Below, in pieces: positions 1 to 7,599 of a DNA stretch of 25,819 bases; position 1 is the stretch's first letter; each line of letters starts with the position of its first letter. The stretch lies in the IMG/VR virus record IMGVR_UViG_3300020044_001621, positions 1-25,819 of that record; one strand, given 5' to 3'. This DNA is from a virus. Its lineage: Duplodnaviria; Caudoviricetes. A program made the translations under genes and the position numbers. The notes below the pieces were generated by a model. That model ran no database searches. It had not been told where the DNA came from and was given only the letters and a program-made list of their open reading frames with translations.

Positions 1-257
1 CCGCCATTATACTCTGCTACGATATTGATCCACTTAGGATCAGTGTTCCAGCTAGCCAGTTCTTTGATCTGGTCAGGGTTCGAGAAGTAGGGAATCACAA
101 CCATCAAGGCTTCCCAAACATCTACACTATCTTCAAAGTGCTCGGTCTCAATCAGCTTGGCAGCTTCTACCAGTCGCTGTTGTACGAGGTTGTCAAAGTC
201 AATCACATCAACCCGTAGGTTGTAGGTACCGTCATCGTTGATAAGCCATTTGTCCAT
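1..257 (-). CDS. Hypothetical phage protein, 3' end outside window (MDKWLINDDGTYNLRVDVIDFDNLVQQRLVEAAK...)
   Basis: ATG at 257 preceded by AAGGA RBS; frame stays open to the window edge; not in the ORF track because it has no stop. Confidence 0.7.
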   Translation of the reverse strand, partial: MDKWLINDDGTYNLRVDVIDFDNLVQQRLVEAAKLIETEHFEDSVDVWEALMVVIPYFSNPDQIKELASWNTDPKWINIVAEYNG

Positions 258-271
258 CGTAGTTAATCCTT

Positions 272-499
272 TCAGGAATTTCTAAGGTCTTCGTAGTTAG
301 CCACTGCTTCCCAGACTTCATGTGGATCAGTGTACCTATGCTCAGCCATAACCATCAGGAACATCCCACCAAAGGTGATAGCCACATCTAAGTGAGTGCC
401 ACCTTTTTCTTTGAGTTGGGCTACTGATGCTTTTGCGTCACCGGGGTTAGCAGAGAAGATATCAAAGACTTCTTGCCAGTAATTAGGTTGATCAGTCAT
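272..499 (-). CDS. Hypothetical phage protein (75 aa, MTDQPNYWQEVF...)
   Basis: ATG at 499 with GGAG upstream; overlaps the stop of the upstream thyX. Confidence 0.7.
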   Translation of the reverse strand: MTDQPNYWQEVFDIFSANPGDAKASVAQLKEKGGTHLDVAITFGGMFLMVMAEHRYTDPHEVWEAVANYEDLRNS

Positions 500-1148
500 T
501 CTTAACTCCAAAGATCGTGGGGAACTTAGGTGCAATCACATCACGGATTGCTCGTGCCATCAGTACGTGCTCCCATTGGGTCACCCCCGGATCATCACGT
601 ACATCGAAGTAGTGTAACCAAGAACGGATAGTGCCATTGACGTAGAGCCTGCTCATTGTGAGACCTTCAGGAAGGATAACACGAGCACACTCTTTAGCTG
701 CGCCAATATCTAAGAGTCCTTTGTAGACAGCACCCAACTCTTTGGAAGTTGCCTCTACACCTTTTTTGAACTCGGCTTTCTCTTCTTCATCAAAATCATC
801 GACAGAGTTTTGCCGGTTTTTGCTATCTTGACGACGTAGTTCACGGTCAGTAAACTCAATCTGATCAGAATAACGTTGACTAAACTCTTGGAAGCTGAAA
901 GAGCGGTGTCGCAACAACTGACGGGAGATGTCACGAGGAGCCTCTACTTCAACCAAAGCATTAGCCATCTCGAAGATAGACCAATGTTTATTGCGGATAC
1001 AATAGTCAAACAGGCTACCGATAGGTTTATCTTGATGTTGTGGATTACTTACCCTAGCACAGTAGGCCACAAGACCCTCTGGGCTATCCTCCTCCAGTTC
1101 TTTTAGTAGCTTAGTGACACCAATCAGTTCGGCTTTAAGTTTTGTCAC
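492..1148 (-). CDS. thyX: FAD-dependent thymidylate synthase ThyX, copy A
   Basis: Canonical RHRxxxxxxxS motif (RQLLRHRSFSFQEFSQRY); also ARVS, HWSIFE, KECARVILP, GTIRSWLHY. Confidence 0.93.
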   Translation of the reverse strand: MTKLKAELIGVTKLLKELEEDSPEGLVAYCARVSNPQHQDKPIGSLFDYCIRNKHWSIFEMANALVEVEAPRDISRQLLRHRSFSFQEFSQRYSDQIEFTDRELRRQDSKNRQNSVDDFDEEEKAEFKKGVEATSKELGAVYKGLLDIGAAKECARVILPEGLTMSRLYVNGTIRSWLHYFDVRDDPGVTQWEHVLMARAIRDVIAPKFPTIFGVKND

Positions 1149-1342
1149 CGTGCAGTCACCACTTCTTCATTGTTGTCTTTAACAAACACGACTTGCTTGA
1201 TGTAGGTATATCCTACGGCCCGTGTGAACTGCAAGATAATCTCTGCAAAGTCCCCAAGGTACTCTACTTCATTCTGAGCAACACACACCTCGTTGTCGAT
1301 ACCAACGTCAAGTTCGTGTTTAGCATACAAAGATACTTGCAT
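1145..1342 (-). CDS. Small hypothetical protein (65 aa), copy 1, translationally coupled to thyX-A
   Basis: GTGA stop/start overlap with thyX; 63/65 aa identical to 2216..2413, and most nucleotide differences are synonymous. Confidence 0.8.
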   Translation of the reverse strand: MQVSLYAKHELDVGIDNEVCVAQNEVEYLGDFAEIILQFTRAVGYTYIKQVVFVKDNNEEVVTAR

Positions 1343-1406
1343 TTACTTTACCTTATTTGTTTCTGTACTTACTTTGGTTCCCCCTAGAACCATATGATTA
1401 GCTCTA
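1145..1406 (-). repeat. Left arm of 262-bp inverted repeat (partner 2152..2413)
   Basis: Manual alignment: 253/262 identical; all 9 differences are transitions. Confidence 0.95.
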
Positions 1407-1411
1407 GGGGG
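1380..1411 (-). terminator. GC-rich hairpin just downstream of the ssb-like gene (terminator or processing site)
   Basis: CCCCCTAGA(1380-1388)...TCTAGGGGG(1403-1411); no clear U-tract. Confidence 0.45.
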
Positions 1412-1430
1412 TATATCAATAGTCTAGGCT

Positions 1431-1988
1431 TTACATATCCCAGACATCAGCGAACTCTGATTCAGCCGCTGTTGCATTCTGCTCGTACTTTACCAGCTTG
1501 GTGATTGCGATAGCCTCAAGACGAAGACCAGCACCATCAGAGTACATATCAAAGCGAACAATGGCTTCAGAACCATTACCTACAAAGCCATCTTCCGACA
1601 CCATCCAGTTCTTCTTATTGGAGGGATCACGAAGATCGAGTACTTTAGGAAGCCCACCATAGTTCATCTCGGTGGTTCCACCTTTCTTGTTCTCGAAGAC
1701 CTTCAGATTGTCTTTGAAGTTGCGAGACAGTTTGATGTACTCACCAATACCAAGTTCCTGATCACCTTTCTTGATACGATCATGGCCCATAGGTTTCAGA
1801 TCAAGACCAGCAGCAATCAACTTCTGTTTATCTTCCTCAGAAGTGAAGTAGGCATTCACGACAGTCTGCCCGCCTTTCTTAGCCACTGTTCCTTGTGCGG
1901 ACTTAACTGGTGCATCAGGATCACCTTTGTCGTAGTTCTCTTCGAACACACGGGGGTATTCCAGAACCATCTTCATGTCAAACTTCAT
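1431..1988 (-). CDS. Putative single-stranded DNA-binding protein (T7 gp2.5-like)
   Basis: 185 aa; VGNGSEAIVRF and RLEAIAITKLVKY segments; acidic/aromatic C-tail (ESEFADVWDM); position in the replication cluster. Confidence 0.6.
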   Translation of the reverse strand: MKFDMKMVLEYPRVFEENYDKGDPDAPVKSAQGTVAKKGGQTVVNAYFTSEEDKQKLIAAGLDLKPMGHDRIKKGDQELGIGEYIKLSRNFKDNLKVFENKKGGTTEMNYGGLPKVLDLRDPSNKKNWMVSEDGFVGNGSEAIVRFDMYSDGAGLRLEAIAITKLVKYEQNATAAESEFADVWDM

Positions 1989-2040
1989 CGGGGTATTTCC
2001 TCTCGGGGGGGTTATTTTGAGTTAGGGAACTAACTGCCCT

Positions 2041-2078
2041 ACTATTATATAGGTACCTTTTTTAGCCAATCGTCAAGC
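2041..2078 (-). promoter_or_regulatory. Candidate sigma70-like promoter driving the ssb-like gene
   Basis: Minus strand reads CTTGACG-attggctaaaaaaggtac-CTATATAAT; spacer is longer than the canonical 17 bp. Confidence 0.45.
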
Positions 2079-2151
2079 GATTCTAAGCACTTATGAAGAT
2101 ATAGCTAAGGTGTGATTCTTTTGTCACACTTCTGGTTAGTGTACGTCTGCG

Positions 2152-2413
2152 TAGAGCTAATCATATGGTTCTAGGGGAAACCAAAGTAAGTACAGAAACA
2201 AATAGGGTAAAGTAAATGCAAGTATCTTTGTACGCTAAACATGAACTTGACGTTGGTATTGACAACGAGGTGTGTGTTGCTCAGAATGAAGTAGAGTACC
2301 TTGGGGATTTTGCAGAGATTATCTTGCAGTTCACACGGGCTGTAGGATATACCTACATCAAGCAAGTCGTGTTTGTTAAAGACGACAATGAAGAAGTGGC
2401 GACTGCACGGTGA
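2152..2413 (+). repeat. Right arm of 262-bp inverted repeat (partner 1145..1406)
   Basis: Begins in the middle of the ssb-downstream hairpin sequence and ends exactly at the GTGA thyX start. Confidence 0.95.
2216..2413 (+). CDS. Small hypothetical protein (65 aa), copy 2, coupled to thyX-B
   Basis: Near-identical to 1145..1342; GTGA overlap with thyX-B. Confidence 0.8.
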   Translation: MQVSLYAKHELDVGIDNEVCVAQNEVEYLGDFAEIILQFTRAVGYTYIKQVVFVKDDNEEVATAR

Positions 2414-3057
2414 TTACCGCAACCTACGTTGACCATATGGGGAGTGACCTTAGCGTTGTTAACGCGGCTAGGGTTTCTTTCGGGAAGAAGAGCGAGTGGG
2501 CTGTCTGTTTTCTTCCGGGAATTCTTATGGAGAAAGATACTAAACTAATCCAGTACCTTGCCAAACACAAACACTACTCTCCCTTCGGACATTGTTTCGC
2601 ATCCTTCCATATCAAGGCACCCATCTTCGTAGCCCGACAGTTAGTCAAGCATGAATACTTGCGTATGAATGAAATTAGCCGTCGCTATGTCGATAGTGAA
2701 CCTGAGTTCTATGTACCTGAAGTCTGGCGGGGTAGGGCTAAGGACAAGAAGCAAGGGTCTGATGGTGTAGTCGATAGCTACAACACTAAAGAGATTGGTG
2801 GTTGGAATGCCGATGCAATCCGATACTACCAGTTCCTCATCAATGATGGTGTAGCTCCAGAGATGGCACGGATGGTCTTGCCACAGTCAATGTATACAGA
2901 ATGGTACTGGTCAGGTTCTATGGATGCCTTCGCTAATATGTGCGTTCTTCGACTTAAAGAGGATACTCAATACGAAACGCGACTTGTAGCACAACAAATC
3001 GACAAAGTAATGCAGGAACTGTATCCTGTAAGTTGGCAGGCTCTTGTTCATGGATAA
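2410..3057 (+). CDS. thyX: FAD-dependent thymidylate synthase ThyX, copy B (divergent from copy A)
   Basis: DHMGSDLSVVNAARVSF, HYSPFGH, APIFVARQLVKH...NEISRRY, APEMARMVLPQSMYTEWYWSGS. Confidence 0.92.
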   Translation: MITATYVDHMGSDLSVVNAARVSFGKKSEWAVCFLPGILMEKDTKLIQYLAKHKHYSPFGHCFASFHIKAPIFVARQLVKHEYLRMNEISRRYVDSEPEFYVPEVWRGRAKDKKQGSDGVVDSYNTKEIGGWNADAIRYYQFLINDGVAPEMARMVLPQSMYTEWYWSGSMDAFANMCVLRLKEDTQYETRLVAQQIDKVMQELYPVSWQALVHG

Positions 3058-3763
3058 ACCAGATGTAATCAAGCCCTTGCTCTTGGACGGAGACATTATC
3101 GCGTACAGGGCCGCCTTCTCTGTAGGTGATTTAGGTTATCCTTGGGAAGTAGAAGCTAAGATAGATGACCTTATGGACTATATCATTGGAGAAACTCTTG
3201 TGTTCTCCAATGGAGATGACTACACAACATATCTGACGGGAAGGAATAACTTTCGTCATGACATTGCTGTGACTGCTGAATACAAAGGTAATCGTAAGTC
3301 AACCCCTAAGCCTGATATGCTTCCTGTTGCTAGGCAGTATCTAGTAGACAACTATCGGGGTGTAGTGATCAATGGTCAAGAGGCAGATGATGCTATCGCT
3401 ATAGAAGCCACAAAGAATGACCCTGAGACGACAGTTGTTGCATCTATCGACAAAGATATGCTACAGATACCTTGTTGGCACTTCAACTTCGTAAAGGGTG
3501 AGTGGACCTTTGTTGAACCTGCTGATGGCACCAAGTTCTTCTACAAGCAAATCCTCACTGGTGATGCAGCCGACAATATTAAAGGTTTGCTTCGAGTTGG
3601 TCCTGTGAAAGCAGATAAACTCTTGGAAGGGTTGACTGATGAGAAAGAACTGTATGAGGCTGTAGTTAAAGCCTACGATGGTGACGAGGGTCGTGTCTTA
3701 GAGAACGCTAGGCTCTTGTGGTTGCGTAGGGAAGAGGGGCAGATGTGGCAGCCGCCAGAGTAA
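3050..3763 (+). CDS. 5'-3' exonuclease / RNase H (T7 gp6-like, FEN family)
   Basis: LLDGDIIAYR, YKGNR, EADD, DKD, GDAADNIKG motifs. Confidence 0.9.
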   Translation: MDKPDVIKPLLLDGDIIAYRAAFSVGDLGYPWEVEAKIDDLMDYIIGETLVFSNGDDYTTYLTGRNNFRHDIAVTAEYKGNRKSTPKPDMLPVARQYLVDNYRGVVINGQEADDAIAIEATKNDPETTVVASIDKDMLQIPCWHFNFVKGEWTFVEPADGTKFFYKQILTGDAADNIKGLLRVGPVKADKLLEGLTDEKELYEAVVKAYDGDEGRVLENARLLWLRREEGQMWQPPE

Positions 3764-4149
3764 GTAACGTAAGAGCAAGAGCCATCAAGAATGGTTATCG
3801 CTCTGGCCTTGAGGAGAAGGTTGCTAAACAACTAGAGGAAGCTGGGGTCCCCTACCAATACGAGAAACTAAAGGTTCCATATGAACTAGCAGAAACTCGT
3901 AAGTACACTGTGGACTTCCAGCTTCCTAATGGGATAATCGTAGAGACCAAGGGGCTGTTCAAGACAGAGGATCGTAAGAAACATCTTCTGATCCAGAAGC
4001 AGCACCCAGAGTTAGACATCAGGTTCGTCTTCTCTAATGCTAGGGCCAAACTCTACAAAGGCTCTAAAACGACATACTCTACTTGGTGTGACCAGTACGG
4101 TTTTAAGTGGTCTGATAAAGTAATCCCTACAGAATGGATCAATGAATGA
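3745..4149 (+). CDS. Endonuclease I / Holliday junction resolvase (T7 gp3-like)
   Basis: GYRSGLEEKVA, YTVDF, ETKG, HPELDIRFVF, WCDQYGF motifs. Confidence 0.92.
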   Translation: MAAARVSNVRARAIKNGYRSGLEEKVAKQLEEAGVPYQYEKLKVPYELAETRKYTVDFQLPNGIIVETKGLFKTEDRKKHLLIQKQHPELDIRFVFSNARAKLYKGSKTTYSTWCDQYGFKWSDKVIPTEWINE

Positions 4150-4520
4150 AAGACTACATCTTCTTTATCTTTGGAGACTTGTTTGGAAGATTGTCTGATC
4201 GGGCATTCGAAAAGGTTTCTGATGATTACCTTCTCCTTCAAGAGCAGAGGATCGACGACGAGATTGAAGACCGTATGTTTGACTTGGGTATGACCAAGAT
4301 CACTATCTTCCACGTCAATGAAGGCCCTATCCACCGTGATAGTATCCCAGACAACGAGGATGTCCCTGAACGGTGTGAGTGGTTCTTGGAAGTGAAGTGC
4401 CTTGTGAACGATGAGACTGACCTGTCGGATACTGCCTTGTGGTTTGCAGACTTCAATGAGGCTTATGATATTGTCAACCACTTCTATAAGAATGTAGAAC
4501 CAAAGGTGATCTTCGTATGA
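4146..4520 (+). CDS. Hypothetical phage protein
   Basis: ATGA overlaps at both ends, inside the operon. Confidence 0.75.
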   Translation: MKDYIFFIFGDLFGRLSDRAFEKVSDDYLLLQEQRIDDEIEDRMFDLGMTKITIFHVNEGPIHRDSIPDNEDVPERCEWFLEVKCLVNDETDLSDTALWFADFNEAYDIVNHFYKNVEPKVIFV

Positions 4521-5293
4521 CAGGTAAAACAGCAGTAGTGTTCTCTTGTGCCCACACTGACCCTTCTGTAGGTAATGAGAGGTTTACTTGGTTGGGCGAG
4601 TTCTTGTATGATCTTAAGCCCGACTATGTAGTTGACTTGGGGGATGGTGCAGATATGCGTTCCCTGAACACCTATGACACCCGCTACCCTCAAGCCATTG
4701 TGTCTCAGTCCTACCAAGCAGATATTGAACACTACAATGATGCGATGGAACGTATGCGCTGGAAGTTTCGCTATCACAAGCGAAAGCAACCTGCATACAT
4801 TGGGTTTGAGGGTAATCACGAGAATAGGATTAAAAGGGCTATTGCTCATGATCCCCGACTAGAGGGTTCTAAGTATGGCATCTCGTTCAAACATCTACAA
4901 ACTGATCATTGGTTTGATGAGTATCATGAATACCATAACTCAGCACCTGCTATCGCTGACTATGATGGTGTCTCTTACTCCCATTACTTTAGTTCTGGTA
5001 ACTATGGTACAGCTACATCAGGGATGCACCATGCCTATAGTATCATCTCTAATAGGAACCATAGTTCTACTTGTGGGCATAGTCATAAGCGTAGTCTGTA
5101 CTTCAAGGACTCTGCCCACCCTAGACCGATCATTGGTCTTGTAGCTGGTTGCTTTAAGGGTGCTGAAGAGTCTTGGGCTGGTCAGGCAAACACTGAATGG
5201 TGGAAGGGTGTGGTTATCAAGCGGGAGTTAGACAAAGGTGTGTATGAGCCTGAGTTTGTATCTGTGAAGAGGCTACAAGAAATCTATGGGTAA
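4517..5293 (+). CDS. Calcineurin-like metallophosphoesterase
   Basis: DLGDGAD, GNHE, SH and GHSH motifs; first motif reads SCAH. Confidence 0.85.
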   Translation: MTGKTAVVFSCAHTDPSVGNERFTWLGEFLYDLKPDYVVDLGDGADMRSLNTYDTRYPQAIVSQSYQADIEHYNDAMERMRWKFRYHKRKQPAYIGFEGNHENRIKRAIAHDPRLEGSKYGISFKHLQTDHWFDEYHEYHNSAPAIADYDGVSYSHYFSSGNYGTATSGMHHAYSIISNRNHSSTCGHSHKRSLYFKDSAHPRPIIGLVAGCFKGAEESWAGQANTEWWKGVVIKRELDKGVYEPEFVSVKRLQEIYG

Positions 5294-6074
5294 ACTAAAG
5301 GTCTTGGACTTGTTCTCTGGTATTGGTGGCTTCTCGTATGGTCTGGAAAAAACTGGGTTGTACGAGACAGTTGCCTTCTGTGAGTGGGATAAGAAATGCC
5401 AGGCTGTTCTAAACAAGCATTGGCCTAGTGTACCTAAGTTCTCTGATATTGCAAACCTTGTCTATCTTGAAGGTGGCATCTTGCATGATGACTTAGATGG
5501 ACTGACAGTCTTCACCAAGGTTGACGTGATCACTGGTGGGTTCCCTTGTCAAGACATCTCTTTGGCTGGTAAAGGTGCTGGTATAGAAGGGGAACGTTCT
5601 GGCTATTGGAAGCACTATAAGCGTCTGATTAAAGACATCCAACCAAAAGGAGTCATCATTGAAAACGTCTCAGCCCTTCGCAATAGGGGATTGGACCAAG
5701 TGCTTCAAGACCTCCATGAGGTCGGGTATGATGCAGAATGGCATTGTATTCCAGCTTCCCACATTGGTGCAACTCACCAACGGGACCGCATATGGATCAT
5801 TGCCTACAGTCGCAGCCTCAGAGGGGAAGGATTCAAGTCGCTGGAGTGTGTTGGCCAGACTAGACAAGGGGGGAAGGGTCGCAAGGAGGATTTGCAGTTC
5901 ATCTACAGCAGTCCCTTTGGACGATCCGATAGTATCCCTCAACCCTTGCTTTGCGGAATGGATGTTCGACTTGCCGGAAGGGTGGACAGACTTAAGCAAG
6001 TAGGCAATTCTGTATACTGGCCCATTGTCCAAGGGCTTGGGTTTCACCTACATAGGAACTTGGTAGATGGGTAA
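5286..6074 (+). CDS. DNA (cytosine-5) methyltransferase, alpha-type polypeptide lacking an obvious motif IX
   Basis: Motif I DLFSGIGG, IV GFPCQD, VI ENV, VIII QRDRIW, X RLKQVGNS. Confidence 0.92.
   Translation: MGKLKVLDLFSGIGGFSYGLEKTGLYETVAFCEWDKKCQAVLNKHWPSVPKFSDIANLVYLEGGILHDDLDGLTVFTKVDVITGGFPCQDISLAGKGAGIEGERSGYWKHYKRLIKDIQPKGVIIENVSALRNRGLDQVLQDLHEVGYDAEWHCIPASHIGATHQRDRIWIIAYSRSLRGEGFKSLECVGQTRQGGKGRKEDLQFIYSSPFGRSDSIPQPLLCGMDVRLAGRVDRLKQVGNSVYWPIVQGLGFHLHRNLVDG
5659..6003 (+). CDS. Nested alternative-frame ORF, putative beta subunit of the C5 methyltransferase
   Basis: AAGGAG RBS (5647-5652) 6 nt before TTG 5659; ends in the motif-IX-like LNPCFAEWMFDLPEGWT. Confidence 0.65.
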   Translation: MKTSQPFAIGDWTKCFKTSMRSGMMQNGIVFQLPTLVQLTNGTAYGSLPTVAASEGKDSSRWSVLARLDKGGRVARRICSSSTAVPLDDPIVSLNPCFAEWMFDLPEGWTDLSK

Positions 6075-6597
6075 ACGTTCGGATTTCCCAAAGGTCGCCA
6101 AGGACTTTTATGCCACGATAGACCCCAAGGCAACAGAACCACTTATCCCTTTCATTAGGGGTAAGACTTACGCAGAACCTTGCTACGGTAATGGGGACTT
6201 GGAAGACCTGCTGATGGATGTAGCTATATGCCAGTGGCGTAGTGACATTAGAGAGACAGTTTCTAGTTCTAAAGTCATGGATGTTCTGTCCTTGACTAAA
6301 GAGCAACTAGAGGGTATCGACTTGATTGTAACTAACCCACCCTTCACTAGAACTGTCCTGATGCCTATGTTAGACCACTTCATTACCTTGAAACCTACTT
6401 GGTTGCTGCTACCTTCTGATCTGATGAACAACGTCTACTTCGGTGAGGCTATGCGTAGGTGTTCTAAGGTTGTGTCCATAGGGAGACTGAAGTGGATCAA
6501 GGACAGTCCTCATGCCAGTGTAGATAACTTCTGCTGGTACTTCTGGCCACAGCATTCAATCCAACAAGAAACCGTGTTCAAAGGAAGAAACAAATGA
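6067..6597 (+). CDS. Small amino-(N6A/N4C) DNA methyltransferase-like protein
   Basis: DFYAT, SAM-binding-like EPCYGNG and catalytic TNPPF motifs. Confidence 0.8.
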   Translation: MGKRSDFPKVAKDFYATIDPKATEPLIPFIRGKTYAEPCYGNGDLEDLLMDVAICQWRSDIRETVSSSKVMDVLSLTKEQLEGIDLIVTNPPFTRTVLMPMLDHFITLKPTWLLLPSDLMNNVYFGEAMRRCSKVVSIGRLKWIKDSPHASVDNFCWYFWPQHSIQQETVFKGRNK

Positions 6598-6806
6598 TCA
6601 ATCTGCAACCCCTACCCACTCCCGAGAAAAGCAGCACTGTTCTGCAAGCTACAATCTTTGCCCTTGTTCGTCAGGTCTTGACCATTGGGGGGACCGTTCT
6701 GGTAGCTAAGGGCTATCTTGAGGCTTCTGAAGTTGAACCTATCGTAGGTATTATCCTGACACTGACTTCTGTGGTGTGGTCAATCATCGACAAACGTAAT
6801 CGTTAA
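6594..6806 (+). CDS. Small two-TM membrane protein, putative holin (Pam3 gp28-like)
   Basis: LVRQVLTIGGTVLVAKG...IVGIILTLTSVVWSIIDK; basic C-terminus. Confidence 0.6.
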   Translation: MINLQPLPTPEKSSTVLQATIFALVRQVLTIGGTVLVAKGYLEASEVEPIVGIILTLTSVVWSIIDKRNR

Positions 6807-6827
6807 GCCTTTCTGTAGGAGAGTGGA

Positions 6828-7235
6828 ATGACTACAAAACTTGAAGATGGTGTTGAGAGTGGTTGGAGTTACTTTGATTTGGTAGAACAGAAGACACCTA
6901 CAGAAATGGTTAAAGAGTACGCTAAAGTAAGTGGTCAAGTTCCTGATAACTTCTTGTACCAAAGACTTATGGGAGAAGAGTTTGACGAGTGGGCCGACGA
7001 GACTACTACAAACGACCTTGCTGCTGAACTGAAAGAACTAGCAGACCTCTTGTATGTCATCTACGGTTATGCTAATGCTCGTGGGTGGGACGTAGAAGAA
7101 GCCCTAAAGCGTGTCCATGAGAACAACATGGGACGTATGTACCAACCTGATGGTACCATTAAGCGTAGGGCAGATGGTAAGATCATTAAGTGTGAAGGTT
7201 ATCCTAAAGTTGACCTATCGGACCTTATCAAATGA
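6828..7235 (+). CDS. MazG-like / all-alpha NTP pyrophosphohydrolase
   Basis: EEFDE...KELADLLYVIYG, VHENNM, RADGKIIK; GGAG RBS. Confidence 0.85.
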   Translation: MTTKLEDGVESGWSYFDLVEQKTPTEMVKEYAKVSGQVPDNFLYQRLMGEEFDEWADETTTNDLAAELKELADLLYVIYGYANARGWDVEEALKRVHENNMGRMYQPDGTIKRRADGKIIKCEGYPKVDLSDLIK

Positions 7236-7396
7236 CAGTACAAGAACTGATCAACAAACTGGAAACCATCAAAGACAAGACTGTACCTGTCGTGTTGGTG
7301 CAATGGTCTATCCAGAACCCCTTATGCGCCAAGGCTGATGTGACTACAAATAGGATTGTGGTCCAAGCCCACCGTGTCGCAATTATCACAGACTAG
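7232..7396 (+). CDS. Small hypothetical protein (54 aa, MTVQELINKLETIKDK...)
   Basis: ATGA overlap with the upstream stop; MTVxELIxxL start is typical of small phage proteins; below the ORF-track size cutoff. Confidence 0.7.
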   Translation: MTVQELINKLETIKDKTVPVVLVQWSIQNPLCAKADVTTNRIVVQAHRVAIITD

Positions 7397-7405
7397 GGGT
7401 GTAGT

Positions 7406-7573
7406 GTGAAATACTGTACGGGAAGAGATTCGCATATACAAGTAAATGAGGTAGAGTCCAAGGCGTGGCACGATGACGATCTGTATGTTTTGATCTGCCT
7501 TAAGTGCGGTAAAAAAGATACAACTTTAGCTAGGCGACCTAGTGACACACTGATGTCTTGTCCCTCTCAGTAA
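7406..7573 (+). CDS. Small hypothetical protein (55 aa) with C...H...CxxC, possible zinc ribbon
   Basis: GTG start after GGGG; MKYCTGRDSH...LICLKCGKK; fills the gap before the RNR gene. Confidence 0.5.
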   Translation: MKYCTGRDSHIQVNEVESKAWHDDDLYVLICLKCGKKDTTLARRPSDTLMSCPSQ

Positions 7574-7599
7574 CTAAAAGAACCTAAAGAAAGAACAAT

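Noticed and set aside
2111-2128. TGTGA...TCACA as a CRP/FNR site
   Set aside because: Spacer is 8 bp, not 6; more likely an RNA hairpin
1145-2413. Transposon with terminal inverted repeats, or an invertase-driven shufflon
   Set aside because: No transposase or site-specific recombinase in the window, no target duplication, and the repeats are ordinary coding sequence
1145-2413. Simple amplification fold-back of one molecule
   Set aside because: The copies differ by 9 transitions, mostly synonymous or non-coding, and lead into different thyX genes, so they are evolutionarily diverged copies
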